Part shown: in pieces, positions 9,937 to 19,382 of the stretch
How the letters are laid out: every line of letters starts with the position of its first letter
Position numbering within the stretch: position 1 is the first letter of the stretch
IMG/VR virus record: IMGVR_UViG_3300038829_000269
Location: 64,522 to 128,521 of that record
From: a virus
Reading direction: 5' to 3' (one strand)
Length of the DNA: 64,000 nucleotides
Position numbers and translations under genes: made by a program
The notes under the pieces: generated by a model
Databases searched by the model: none
What the model was told of the DNA's origin: nothing
The model's input: the letters and a program-made list of their open reading frames with translations, nothing else

Positions 9937-11229
9937 CTATCCTCCGACCACCTTGAACAGGTTCTTCTCGCGGTTCTGGTAGGTCTCGTCGATCACCGTC
10001 GGCGGCACCCCTTCATCCCGCAACTCGTCCACGATCTGCCCGGGCTCCAGGTGGTTCTTCTCCATCTGGATGATCTGCTGCTCGACGGCGCGATCCGAGC
10101 GCCGCTGCTGCCAGCGCTCGCCGAGGCGCGTCCGCACTTCCTGCGTCGGCGCGCCGAGACCCTTGTCTCCCTTATAAAGCTGGGAGGCGGGGTCGACCGC
10201 CGTGGTCTGCGCGTCCTCGTTCACCTGGTCGTGTTGGCCGTCGGTGTCCGACGGGTCGCTGATCTGGGCCAGGACCTGGCGCTCGTGGCGCGCGGCGCGT
10301 TCGGCGGCCGTGACCACGACGTGGGCTGCGGACGCGAACTGCTGGCCGGGACCGGTGCCGGACGCGGGGAGATCGGACGGCGCGCCGGGCTGGACCGAGC
10401 CCGGGTAGCTCTTCTTCAGATAGTCGAGCAGGTTGCGGCTCCACCAGACCTCGGGGGTCCAATCCTGCGTCATGTATTCGATCCCGCGCTCGATCGGCGC
10501 GGTGCTCCCGTCCTGGACGCTCTCCATGTAGGAGTTCTGCACGTCCTGGCCGTCGCCCTGCTGGAACGGGCCGTCGGTGCCGCCCCCGGCGTCCGCCTGC
10601 CGGTGCTTGCCCAACGGAGCCTCGCCCTCGACCGGCGCGCCCTGCGCCAGTTCGGCGAGGACCTGGGCTGAGCCCTTGGCCACGACCTGATCGGCCGGGA
10701 CCTCGCCGCGCACGCCGTCTCCCTCGATGAAGAACTGGACGGTCATCCCGGGCTGGGCGCCGGACTCGCGGACCAGGCCGTCGATCGCCGCAATCTGCTG
10801 GGCGTTCGGCATCGGCATGGTCATGACCACGCCGCCCGAATACCTGATCCAGCCGCCCTGCATCATCCGCATGGCGACGGCGGCCGGGGCCGACTGCGCC
10901 TGACCCGGCTGCGCGACGCCCTCGGCGACCAGACGCTGCTCGTTCTGCTTGACCCAGTCCCAGTGCTTCCCGTATTCGACGGGGATCACCTGGCCGCTGG
11001 GCTCGATCCACGCACTGGTCTTGGCCCCAGCGCCCTCGGCCCAGCACCAGCGCAGCACGTCGCTCGTCTGCATCATGATCACGGCGTGGGTCTGCGCCGT
11101 GATCTCGCCGATATGAAGCGCGCGGTGCGCCCGAGCCTGGAAGGCCCGGACGTGGAGAGGCACACGCTCGACTGCCGCCCACCTGGCGACGGTGGGCAGC
11201 AGTTCGCGCGCGATCCAGGACGCGATCAA
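9937..11229 (-). CDS. Putative head-associated modular protein (~430 aa, start uncertain)
   Basis: Probable TTG start (LIASWIARE) overlapping the TGA of the upstream small gene; SAWIEPSG...GGWIRY module; RQADA and ERWQQRRSDRA motifs. Confidence 0.55.
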   Translation of the reverse strand: MIASWIARELLPTVARWAAVERVPLHVRAFQARAHRALHIGEITAQTHAVIMMQTSDVLRWCWAEGAGAKTSAWIEPSGQVIPVEYGKHWDWVKQNEQRLVAEGVAQPGQAQSAPAAVAMRMMQGGWIRYSGGVVMTMPMPNAQQIAAIDGLVRESGAQPGMTVQFFIEGDGVRGEVPADQVVAKGSAQVLAELAQGAPVEGEAPLGKHRQADAGGGTDGPFQQGDGQDVQNSYMESVQDGSTAPIERGIEYMTQDWTPEVWWSRNLLDYLKKSYPGSVQPGAPSDLPASGTGPGQQFASAAHVVVTAAERAARHERQVLAQISDPSDTDGQHDQVNEDAQTTAVDPASQLYKGDKGLGAPTQEVRTRLGERWQQRRSDRAVEQQIIQMEKNHLEPGQIVDELRDEGVPPTVIDETYQNREKNLFKVVGG

Positions 11230-11399
11230 CTGGCGGTCTTCTTTTTGCACTCTTCGTCCTTGCACACGATCTTCCCGTCGACGACCACGGTGTTCTGCTT
11301 GCGGCACGCGGGACAAGGAGCCGATGAGATGCCGACCAGGGCCGTGACCCCGGTCCGCATGTTCGTCGTCAGTTCGATGACGATCGGCTCCTTGTCCAT
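11226..11399 (-). CDS. 57-aa Zn-ribbon protein
   Basis: Manual translation MDKEPIVIEL...CPACRKQNTVVVDGKIVCKDEECKKKTAS*; below ORF-track cutoff, fills the gap exactly. Confidence 0.55.
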   Translation of the reverse strand: MDKEPIVIELTTNMRTGVTALVGISSAPCPACRKQNTVVVDGKIVCKDEECKKKTAS

Positions 11400-11402
11400 G
11401 GT

Positions 11403-11903
11403 CTACTCGAAGCTCCGCTCGGGGAGCGGCGCGTTCGTGACCGGCGGCGTGATGGTCGGCTGCTGCGGGTTGACCACGGGGCCGGAGCCCACGGGGTTCG
11501 TCCCGATGACCTTCTTGTCCGAGTCGTTCGGCCGCAAGCCCGTCTCGATCTGACCGGTGGAACCGGCCGAGATCGACTGCGGGGCGAGCGGCATGTGACC
11601 GGCCGAGGACTCGTTGATGAAGTCCTCGCGCACGTTCACGCTCAGGTTCGGCGGCGTCTTGTTCACGGTCCGGTGATTCGTCTCGACGCGAGGCGTCTGC
11701 ACCGGGTTCATGTGAGGGACGTAGCCCGTGCTCGGGATCGGCGGCGGAGCGTCCGATTCGAGCTTGACCGACGCGGGGAGGTTCGTGGACGGCGGGTTCG
11801 CGGAAATGACCCCGGCGCGGCCCTTGATCTGGGACGCGCTGTCCACGGCTCCCTGCTTGACCTGCACCGCAGGGGACGACATCGTCGAAGGCTGTTGAGC
11901 CAT
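11403..11903 (-). CDS. Hypothetical Pro/Ser/Thr-rich protein
   Basis: 166 aa ORF, AAGGGAGG RBS, minus-strand codon bias. Confidence 0.6.
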   Translation of the reverse strand: MAQQPSTMSSPAVQVKQGAVDSASQIKGRAGVISANPPSTNLPASVKLESDAPPPIPSTGYVPHMNPVQTPRVETNHRTVNKTPPNLSVNVREDFINESSAGHMPLAPQSISAGSTGQIETGLRPNDSDKKVIGTNPVGSGPVVNPQQPTITPPVTNAPLPERSFE

Positions 11904-11913
11904 GGTCCCTCCC

Positions 11914-12822
11914 TTAGAACAACATCGCGGCCTGGTTGTCGCCGGGCCGGTGGATCACGTTGAGCATCGCGTGGTTGCGGGAACCGGCGCGGTTGATGGC
12001 GGTGAACGAACCCTTGGAGTTCGTCAACGCGCCGTCGCCGTCCGACGCCGTGTTCGCACCGCTCTGAAGGAAGAGCGCGGCGAACGCGGTCTGCGCGGTG
12101 CCCGCCGTTCCGCTGATCACGACGGAGACCAGCCCCATCGCGGGCTCGGACAGGAGCAGCGCGTCGTAAATCTCCTGAGCCGTGGACGCGCCGTCCTCCA
12201 TGCTCACCGAGATCAGGTTCCCGGTCACGGTGATCTCCTCGGCCCCGGCCGTGCCGGTGTCGAGGTATTCGATCTTCACGGCGTTGCCCTGCGCGCCCGG
12301 GGCCTTGGCCGTGAACGTCAGGTCCTGGATCACGCGCGAGGCGGAGACGGCGCCGCCCGGGGTGCCGCCGGAGAAAGCGCCGTAGCCCGTGGCGCAGCCG
12401 CCGGTCTTGGGCTGGCCGAGGACCACCGAGGTCTCGATCAGCGCCGGGTCGATGCTGTTGGCCAGCGCGCGAGCGCGGGCCGACTGGTTGGCGTCGAACG
12501 GACCGCCCGTGACGCCCGCCGAGAAGATGGCGTCGGAGTCGACGATGTGGTTGCCGTTCGCGTCGACGGAACCGTTGGCCACCATCGTCTTGTGCTCGGT
12601 GTTCGCCTTCGGCAGGTCGGGCTGCTGGACGGCGACGCGATACGGGCGGGGGACCTTCAGCAGATCGCTGGAGTCGCGACCGCCGGTCTCCTGGTTCGCG
12701 TCGTCGACGAGGGTCTGACCCAGCGTGAGGGCCGACTGACCGGCCGCGACCGGGGTCGTGGCGGGGTAGCCGCCCGCGATGGGTTCGAGAATGTTCTTCT
12801 GGGGGACTCCGATCTGGCTCAT
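11914..12822 (-). CDS. Putative virion structural protein with one sheath-like repeat module
   Basis: 302 aa, Gly/Ala/Thr-rich; IQDLTFTAKAPGAQGNAVKIEY...ISVSMEDGASTAQEI matches modules repeated in 23414..28960. Confidence 0.6.
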   Translation of the reverse strand: MSQIGVPQKNILEPIAGGYPATTPVAAGQSALTLGQTLVDDANQETGGRDSSDLLKVPRPYRVAVQQPDLPKANTEHKTMVANGSVDANGNHIVDSDAIFSAGVTGGPFDANQSARARALANSIDPALIETSVVLGQPKTGGCATGYGAFSGGTPGGAVSASRVIQDLTFTAKAPGAQGNAVKIEYLDTGTAGAEEITVTGNLISVSMEDGASTAQEIYDALLLSEPAMGLVSVVISGTAGTAQTAFAALFLQSGANTASDGDGALTNSKGSFTAINRAGSRNHAMLNVIHRPGDNQAAMLF

Positions 12823-12827
12823 GATTA

Positions 12828-13013
12828 TTACCCTCCGTGGGTGGTATTTTCCGGCGACTCAGCCTTCGGCTGGTTCCGTCTGACTGCCGCGTCGGCGATG
12901 TCGCCGATACGCTGCACCTGGTCCTTGGCACTGATGTCCGTGATCTTCGGGGTCGCGCTCTGAGCGATCTCTCTGATCTTCTCCAGCGTGGTCATCAGGT
13001 CCTGGGCGTCCAT
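12828..13013 (-). CDS. Hypothetical protein, 61 aa
   Basis: MDAQDLMTTLEKIREIAQ; TAATG coupling to upstream gene. Confidence 0.55.
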   Translation of the reverse strand: MDAQDLMTTLEKIREIAQSATPKITDISAKDQVQRIGDIADAAVRRNQPKAESPENTTHGG

Positions 13014-14008
13014 TAGGAAATCACCCTTCGGAAAAAATTCTTGATCATGTCGATCGCTCCCTTCGCGCCGAGGTAGACGACGTTCGTCAGGCGAGGGCCG
13101 GTAAACACCATGCCCTGGTCCTGGAAGCAAAGCCAGCCCTTGATCAGGCGCTCAGGCTTGTCATAGTCCTGCACCTGCGGCTGGATGAAGATCGGCATCT
13201 CGCCCAGGGCCTGGCCGCTGGGCACGACGTAGATCATGTGGTCCGGCATCTCCACGACGTGCACGGGGATCACCGCGTTCTTCGTCTTGAAGCAGACCGT
13301 GGCCTCGACCGGCCGTTTCTTCTCGAAGCCGGAAACCAGGTCGAAGATGTCGACGGCGCCGACCGCCGTGCTCCGCGAGCAGAGGATCACCGGGTTGTTG
13401 GTCTGGCCCACCGCGTCGATCGCGTTGAGCAGCACGGCCTCGGACCCGGCCACGGACTTGGCCCAGAGAACGCGGCCGAAGCGGGCGGCGACCCAGGACA
13501 GGGCCCGAATCGCGATCCGCGTCTCGTCCTGGACCAGAGCCTCGCGCAGGCGCGTGCGCGCGCGCTCCACCCGGTTGAAGGCGTCGCCGTTCAGGTCGGG
13601 CCAGCGCAGCGTGTGCACGTTGGAAAGAGGGAAGGACGAGGGGCGGATTCCCTGGCCGCGCATCGGGACGAACTCGATGTCCCGGACGGTCTTCACGCGC
13701 TCTTCCTCGCGCAGGCTGTCGCGGAAGGCGCGGCACTCCAGGACCCGGTCCTCGGACTGGACGAGGTGCACGACCACCGCCGGTCCGTGCTCGCCCTCGG
13801 AGAAAACGGGGCACTTGCCCTCACCGATCAGGTGGGGCTGGAGCAGGACGCGGGCCAACGAGTGGTCGTAGGCCTCGCGCGCGATCGTCGTGGACATGGC
13901 TTCGTTCATTTGCGCTCGCTTCTTGTCGTCGACCAGGCAGTCCTTGATCACCTGGTTCCTCTTCTTATAATCGTCCCCGGCTTGAGCCGAGGTCTTCAAC
14001 TTGTCCAT
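13013..14008 (-). CDS. HK97-fold capsid protein homolog (probably a divergent/minor capsid paralog)
   Basis: 331 aa from MDKLKTSA (GGAGG RBS); VERARTRLREALVQDETRIAIRAL and GEMPIFIQPQVQDYDKPERLIKGWLCFQDQGMVFTGPR resemble the P-domain and C-terminal strand pattern of HK97/encapsulin-like capsids of large phages. Confidence 0.55.
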   Translation of the reverse strand: MDKLKTSAQAGDDYKKRNQVIKDCLVDDKKRAQMNEAMSTTIAREAYDHSLARVLLQPHLIGEGKCPVFSEGEHGPAVVVHLVQSEDRVLECRAFRDSLREEERVKTVRDIEFVPMRGQGIRPSSFPLSNVHTLRWPDLNGDAFNRVERARTRLREALVQDETRIAIRALSWVAARFGRVLWAKSVAGSEAVLLNAIDAVGQTNNPVILCSRSTAVGAVDIFDLVSGFEKKRPVEATVCFKTKNAVIPVHVVEMPDHMIYVVPSGQALGEMPIFIQPQVQDYDKPERLIKGWLCFQDQGMVFTGPRLTNVVYLGAKGAIDMIKNFFRRVIS

Positions 14009-14046
14009 GGAAACCTCCAGGGGCTTGAGCCCCAGGACACCGTTCA

Positions 14047-16803
14047 CTACGACGCTCGGGACACCGCGCCATCGGCGCGATAGAGGCGCTTCCCGATTTC
14101 GCTCGGGATGCCCGGCCCCCCCTGCTCGATCAGCATCAGCAGATCGGCGAAGGCCTCGCTCTTGACCGCAGCCGTCTGCGGTCTCTTGTTCTTGATCACG
14201 ATGTCCTCGTCCTTCTTCATCTCGTTGCGGTCCTTCTCTCGGACCACCTCGTGAAGATCGGACACGTCCATCTTCGAGTTGAGGAAAGCGTCCTGGCGAC
14301 CATCGGGACCGTCGTCGCCCGCCACGCGCATCATGGCCTGGGACCACGACGCCATCTTCATGCGCTCCAGGCGCTGGCGCAGCTTCTCCTGACGCGCGGG
14401 ATCGGTCTCGCGCAGAATCTGGTCCTCGATGTCCTGGATGCGCGCCGCCCACTGCTGAGGGTTGAGCGACACAGTCTCCTCGGGCGTGGACGGGGCGAGC
14501 GTCCGGTCGATGCGATATTTGATCGGGCGGCCCCGCTCGTCGTGCTGTTGGATGAAAGCCTCGTTGTCGAGATTCGTGTTCTCGACCTCTGCGATCCCTT
14601 GAGCCGACTCGTCTGGGACCTGGTTGCGCTGCTGCGTGAGCTTCTTCTCCTCGCGCAGGCGGCGCTTCTCCTGGCGTTTGCGGTCGTTCTCTTCCTGGAC
14701 CCTGGCCTCGTGCTCGTGCCGCTTGATCTCCTCGGGCGTCGGGACCGCGACCCGGCCGCCATCGACCAGGTCCGAGAGCACGACGTTCAGCCCGGCCTGG
14801 GCCAGGGCTGAGCGCAGATAGGAGAGGTGGCGGGCAGTGGACACCGAGTAGGTCTTGGTCGTCATGTAGATCGTGCCGTCGGCGCCGCGCGTCGCCATCG
14901 GGAAGTGGCGGCCGTAGGAGTAGATCGTGTCCCCGTCGATGAACATGTTGTTGCCCTTGCCGCGAGTCGCGCCCTCGGCGAACGCGCGGGCCACGGCCCT
15001 GTTGTTCATCGCCATGGCCTCGGTCTCGAATCCGGCCTCGATCTCGATGTCCGAGACCACGAGGCGCCCGAGTTCGTCGTCCGCCACCACGATCCGGCCG
15101 TCGGCCGCCGCGATCCCGGCAGGCATCTTGGGCGCGCCGCCCGGGGGCAGCGGCTGCGCGGGCTTCTGCGGCTGCTGCGCGGCGGGCTGCGGCGCGGGTT
15201 TTTGTCCGGGAACTTGTCCCTGGGGTTTGGCCGGTTCCATCAGCACTTCTTCGGACTGGGCCGGAGCGTTTTGTCCCTGCTCCTGTCCGGGCGCGGCGGG
15301 AGCCTCGGCGCCCTCAGGCTCCGGGCTCACGACGTTCGCGGCGAACACGTCCATGACGTGCTCGGCCACCAGGCGCGGGACGCGGTAAAGCTGCCCCGCG
15401 ATGTCGATCAGGTAATCGTTGTCCTCGACCTTCTTGATCTTGCCCGTCATGTTCTTCTTGATCTGGCCGCGAGCAGAGAGCGCGTCGAACTCCAGATTCA
15501 CGTCCTCGATGAAGATGATCGGCGTTCCGTTGCGGAACTTCTCGCTCGGCCCGTTCTCGCCGCCCTCGGCCTGGCGCAGCATCTGGTCGTCGACCACGAT
15601 CGAAGCGGAAGAGTTGATCTGTTGCATCTTTTTAAGCTCCAGGACTTCCATGCCCATCTGCTCGACGCGCTTGATCATCGCGGCCATCTGCGCGCTGGTG
15701 AAGTCGGGGGCCTGGGCCACGGCGTTCGCCGAGTTCTTGTGCTTGAACTTGAAATACCAGCGATAGGTGTTGGGGTCGGACGGGTCCGGCGTCTCGATCG
15801 GGCCGGACGTGGCGGGAGCGGTCTTCTGCTCTCCTGGCGCGGGCGGCGCGGCCGGGGCCTTGGCGGCGGGCGCGGGCGCGGGCGCGGCCGGAGCCTGCTG
15901 ACCGGCGACCTCTGACAATGGGCGGGCGACGCGCATCTTGGCCGCGCCGCTGCGCTCGGTCTGGTGGATGAAGTCCAGCGCGTCCTTCCGGTTCAGGCCG
16001 TCGGCGATCGCCGCGCGCGGGGCCTGGTCGCCCTTCAGGATGAAGACAAAATACCAGCGGTAGACCGGGCCCTCGGCGCTCGGCTTGGGCGGCTGTAACT
16101 CCTGCGGCCACGGCTGGGGCTCTACCGGCATCCCCTGAGGGCGCGGAGCGATGTCCTCGACCGTCTCGCCGTGCTGGGCTGGCGCCGGGGCCGGGGCAGG
16201 CGCGGGGCGCGCGGCGGCGGGCGCCGGGGCCTGAGCGGGCTCCGGGGTCTGGCGCTGGAACGACTCGGGCGGCTTGGGCCCGACCGCGCCGCGCCCGGCG
16301 TCCAGGACCTGCTGGACCTCGGACTGGTAGCCCCAGTCGGTGAACAACTCGCCGAAGTAGCCGGTCAACTGCTTGGGATAAAGCTGGGGGTAGCGCTGCA
16401 CGTCCTGCGCCATGAACTGGAAGAACTCGGGCTCGCTGATCCGGTTCATCTCCAGGGTCTGCTGGAAGACAGCCGGGTTCGCGATCGTCCCGTCGGTGAT
16501 CGCGTTCAGGATGTCGACCAACTGAGTGCGCCCGATCCGAGCGATGTGCTCGATCGAGGCCTTCTTGGTCGTCGCCTTCGGGCTGTTCTGGATCACGGTC
16601 TGGTCGTCCTTTTTCTTCTTGCCCTCACCGGCAGCCCAGCGGTCGTATTTCGACCACATGTGCTTGATCATGCGCTCGGCTTCGTCCTGACGCATCTCCT
16701 TCTTCTCGACCTTCTTCCGCAACTTCTCTTCGGCCCGCTCGAAGTGGGGCCGCAGCGCCTGCCAGCCCTCCTCCGACACGAACGAGAAATCGGTGGCGGG
16801 CAC
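14047..16803 (-). CDS. Large modular putative head-internal protein, 918 aa
   Basis: GTG start; Pro/Ala/Gln linkers between modules; KKAS/RQAE/RVAG/YRAD motifs; two YRWYF-type repeats; YSYGRHFP...TYSVSTARH module; ETDPAR hairpin. Confidence 0.65.
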   Translation of the reverse strand: MPATDFSFVSEEGWQALRPHFERAEEKLRKKVEKKEMRQDEAERMIKHMWSKYDRWAAGEGKKKKDDQTVIQNSPKATTKKASIEHIARIGRTQLVDILNAITDGTIANPAVFQQTLEMNRISEPEFFQFMAQDVQRYPQLYPKQLTGYFGELFTDWGYQSEVQQVLDAGRGAVGPKPPESFQRQTPEPAQAPAPAAARPAPAPAPAPAQHGETVEDIAPRPQGMPVEPQPWPQELQPPKPSAEGPVYRWYFVFILKGDQAPRAAIADGLNRKDALDFIHQTERSGAAKMRVARPLSEVAGQQAPAAPAPAPAAKAPAAPPAPGEQKTAPATSGPIETPDPSDPNTYRWYFKFKHKNSANAVAQAPDFTSAQMAAMIKRVEQMGMEVLELKKMQQINSSASIVVDDQMLRQAEGGENGPSEKFRNGTPIIFIEDVNLEFDALSARGQIKKNMTGKIKKVEDNDYLIDIAGQLYRVPRLVAEHVMDVFAANVVSPEPEGAEAPAAPGQEQGQNAPAQSEEVLMEPAKPQGQVPGQKPAPQPAAQQPQKPAQPLPPGGAPKMPAGIAAADGRIVVADDELGRLVVSDIEIEAGFETEAMAMNNRAVARAFAEGATRGKGNNMFIDGDTIYSYGRHFPMATRGADGTIYMTTKTYSVSTARHLSYLRSALAQAGLNVVLSDLVDGGRVAVPTPEEIKRHEHEARVQEENDRKRQEKRRLREEKKLTQQRNQVPDESAQGIAEVENTNLDNEAFIQQHDERGRPIKYRIDRTLAPSTPEETVSLNPQQWAARIQDIEDQILRETDPARQEKLRQRLERMKMASWSQAMMRVAGDDGPDGRQDAFLNSKMDVSDLHEVVREKDRNEMKKDEDIVIKNKRPQTAAVKSEAFADLLMLIEQGGPGIPSEIGKRLYRADGAVSRAS

Positions 16804-16806
16804 GTT

Positions 16807-17292
16807 CTACCTCAGAATCCCGTTCCCGTTGCTCGTCTTGATCTTGATGTCGCGGTGCGACGGAGTCAGCACCTCGTTCGACCCGATCTTCTTCTTGAAC
16901 TCGGCGCGCTCCGCGATCGGGATATACTGGATGCCGTATTGATCGAAGCCGTAGAGGCTGGGCTCCGTGTGCTCCAGGACGTGGAGGAGCTTCTTGCGAT
17001 ACTCCTCCAGCGCCTCGTATTCGGCGCGCCCGATCTGGCCGATCTCCCACTGCTGACGGAGTTCGGCCGCCCGGTGATGCTTCAGCATCCTGACGGACAT
17101 GCCGATCCAGGTGTCGAACTTCATGTCCATGCCGATGCCCTTGCCGGGCTCCAGCGTGTCCTTCAGCTTCGCGTCGAGAAAATCGTTGTAGAGGTTTTCC
17201 AACACCTCGCGGGTATGGGGGACGGTGACCGACGCCTTCACGTCGGTCTTCGCATCCTGAACGACGACTCCCATGGGGGTGATCTCAGCCAT
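16807..17292 (-). CDS. Hypothetical protein
   Basis: 161 aa ORF with GGAGG RBS. Confidence 0.6.
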   Translation of the reverse strand: MAEITPMGVVVQDAKTDVKASVTVPHTREVLENLYNDFLDAKLKDTLEPGKGIGMDMKFDTWIGMSVRMLKHHRAAELRQQWEIGQIGRAEYEALEEYRKKLLHVLEHTEPSLYGFDQYGIQYIPIAERAEFKKKIGSNEVLTPSHRDIKIKTSNGNGILR

Positions 17293-17707
17293 TGGTCCTC
17301 CACTTCTTGTAAACCTCGTCGAAGAACCGCATGAAATTGCGCTCCGCGACCTGGAGAATTTCCTCGCCGCCCACGGACTGCGCGCGATTCTCTACGCGCT
17401 TGAACACCCAGACCGGGGTCACGATCATGATCTGGACCCCGGGGTGCTGGTCGCGGTGCGCGGCCATCGTGAGCACGGCGCGCTTCATCGCGTAGACGTG
17501 GTATTCCTCGTCCTGGCGCCAGAACGAGCCGACGCGGATCAGCGACCAGTTCGCGTCGAGAGGATAGGCCTCGCCCTCGGGCACCACGGCCACGAGCTTC
17601 TTCAGATCGAGTTGGGAAAATTTCTGGAGCCACTGGGCGCGGGACAGCGGCTGCTCCAGGGGCACGGTGGCCAGGCGCATCAGCGACTCTTGAAGGGGCT
17701 CAGCCAC
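17285..17707 (-). CDS. Hypothetical protein
   Basis: 140 aa ORF overlapping both neighbours by 8 nt. Confidence 0.6.
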   Translation of the reverse strand: MAEPLQESLMRLATVPLEQPLSRAQWLQKFSQLDLKKLVAVVPEGEAYPLDANWSLIRVGSFWRQDEEYHVYAMKRAVLTMAAHRDQHPGVQIMIVTPVWVFKRVENRAQSVGGEEILQVAERNFMRFFDEVYKKWRTNG

Positions 17708-17981
17708 CGATGTGCACCCCCTTGAAGAAGGTCTCGCCCTTCAACTCCATCGTGAAGCGATCCTTCGAGATATAGCAGTCGCGCAGCCCGTAGACCACGC
17801 TGCCGTTGTCGGCCTTGACCGCCGCGTCCTGACTCGCCTCGGGGTTACGCACGCACAGGCGGCAGATGCTTGAGGCGCCGGGGGCCGTTTTGGCCCCCGG
17901 CGCGCGCGGCGCAGAGTGGACGCAGCCCGAGCACCGGCCTCGGACTTGCCTCACTTGCTGCGGCGTCAAGCTCGTCGTCAT
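17700..17981 (-). CDS. Cys-rich hypothetical protein
   Basis: 93 aa; CSGC, CRLC and DCY. Confidence 0.55.
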   Translation of the reverse strand: MTTSLTPQQVRQVRGRCSGCVHSAPRAPGAKTAPGASSICRLCVRNPEASQDAAVKADNGSVVYGLRDCYISKDRFTMELKGETFFKGVHIGG

Positions 17982-18000
17982 GTGGTTCGTGATCTTCCTT

Positions 18001-18318
18001 TTAGCCCTGCTGGATGAAGCGGACCTTGACCGCGTGCGACACGATCAGTTCGACGCCGTGCTTCTGGCACACGGCCGCGATCTCCTTGGCCGCCGCGTCC
18101 TCCTTCGACTGGATGACGCGCTGGACCGCCTGCTGGGCGGCCAACTGCTTGTTGACCGCGTCCTGCTCCGGCGTCGGAGCGGCGGGCGCGGCGGGCGCCG
18201 CCGGGGTCTCGGCCGGGGCGGCGGGGGCGGTCTCGACGGGGGCGACGGGGGCGGCTTCGGCGGGCGCGGCGGGGGCCGGGGCTTCAGCCGGGGCCGTGGG
18301 GGCTTCGTTCATGGTCAT
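18001..18318 (-). CDS. Ala/Pro-rich hypothetical protein
   Basis: 105 aa; APA repeats followed by a helical C-terminus. Confidence 0.6.
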   Translation of the reverse strand: MTMNEAPTAPAEAPAPAAPAEAAPVAPVETAPAAPAETPAAPAAPAAPTPEQDAVNKQLAAQQAVQRVIQSKEDAAAKEIAAVCQKHGVELIVSHAVKVRFIQQG

Positions 18319-18328
18319 TTCTCCGTGT

Positions 18329-18754
18329 TCAGGGATGCGATCTGGACTGCAAAAGGGTCATGCCGCTGTTCCACGCCCACTTCAGGCCCTCGATCGCGAC
18401 GCTGCACCCGAAGACCGCGACGGCCGTGAGCTTGGCCCAGCCGCTCTCCAGGTTGCGAACGCGCTCGGGCAGCGGAAGGATGTTCTCCCTCTCGTCGCCC
18501 ACGATGACCTTCCTCACGTCGTCGAGGGACCGGAACTTCTCGGCCAGGCCGATCGTCCCGCTCTCCTCGTTCCCGAAAACCGTGTGCTCCAGCTTCTTGA
18601 ACCGGCCGTTCATGTCGGACCGGAGACCGTCGACAGCCTGCTTGTTCAGCAGTCCGGCCTGGGCCAGGGCCTTGAGGTCCCGGTCCAAAACGTCGAACCT
18701 TCCGTTGAGCTTGGCGATCTCGACTAGAACCTTGTCGTCGGCCATGATCGTCAT
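18329..18754 (-). CDS. Coiled-coil protein with C-terminal membrane segment (holin/XhlA-like architecture)
   Basis: Heptad-rich region with two repeated GLAEKFRSL/PLPERVRNL segments, then hydrophobic LTAVAVFGCSVAI. Confidence 0.45.
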   Translation of the reverse strand: MTIMADDKVLVEIAKLNGRFDVLDRDLKALAQAGLLNKQAVDGLRSDMNGRFKKLEHTVFGNEESGTIGLAEKFRSLDDVRKVIVGDERENILPLPERVRNLESGWAKLTAVAVFGCSVAIEGLKWAWNSGMTLLQSRSHP

Positions 18755-18764
18755 TGGCTCCGTC

Positions 18765-19160
18765 TTACGGAAGGCTGATGCCCCAGACCTTCACGCTCCC
18801 GGCCGCGCCGGGCGTGTAGGTCACGCGCATCTGGGAAAAGAGGTCGGTGGTCGAGAACTTGGCCAGAGTGTTGGCCACGACCGGGACCGTGGTGTGGAGG
18901 CGCCAGACGGCGGCTCCGCCCCCGGTCCGCTCGCTCTCGTCGATCATGATCTCGACGGCCATGGACCCGGCCTGGTCGGAGACCGCGTAGATCGTCTTCT
19001 GGTAGGCGGCGGGCCGGTCGTTGACCTTGACCGACTTGGACACGAGCGGGGTGGTGTCCGGGGCCGCGACGTTGAGGAGCATCCCGCTCGTCGTGAAGTC
19101 GGGTTGCGCCGGGTTCGGATCGGGGTTCGGCGTGCTGAACTCGGTGATCGGATCGGGCAT
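18765..19160 (-). CDS. Hypothetical beta-rich protein
   Basis: 131 aa ORF with good codon bias. Confidence 0.55.
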   Translation of the reverse strand: MPDPITEFSTPNPDPNPAQPDFTTSGMLLNVAAPDTTPLVSKSVKVNDRPAAYQKTIYAVSDQAGSMAVEIMIDESERTGGGAAVWRLHTTVPVVANTLAKFSTTDLFSQMRVTYTPGAAGSVKVWGISLP

Positions 19161-19166
19161 AGAGGT

Positions 19167-19364
19167 TTATCCTCTGAGTCGTGCCGAGAGCCACCGGTCG
19201 ATCGCCGCCCGTTCTTCGGGTGCGATGTCCTTGAGGCTGCGGCTGCAATGATCGCGAAAAGCCCGGGCAGGCAACTGCTTCCCGCCGGGCGTCAGCTTCT
19301 GGTCGCGATTATAAGCGGAAAATGCCCGCTCGACCTTCTCGATCGAATCCCACGGTCTGTTCAT
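19167..19364 (-). CDS. Hypothetical protein, 65 aa
   Basis: Small ORF filling the gap, AAGGAAG upstream. Confidence 0.45.
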   Translation of the reverse strand: MNRPWDSIEKVERAFSAYNRDQKLTPGGKQLPARAFRDHCSRSLKDIAPEERAAIDRWLSARLRG

Positions 19365-19382
19365 GAGGATGACACATCTTCC

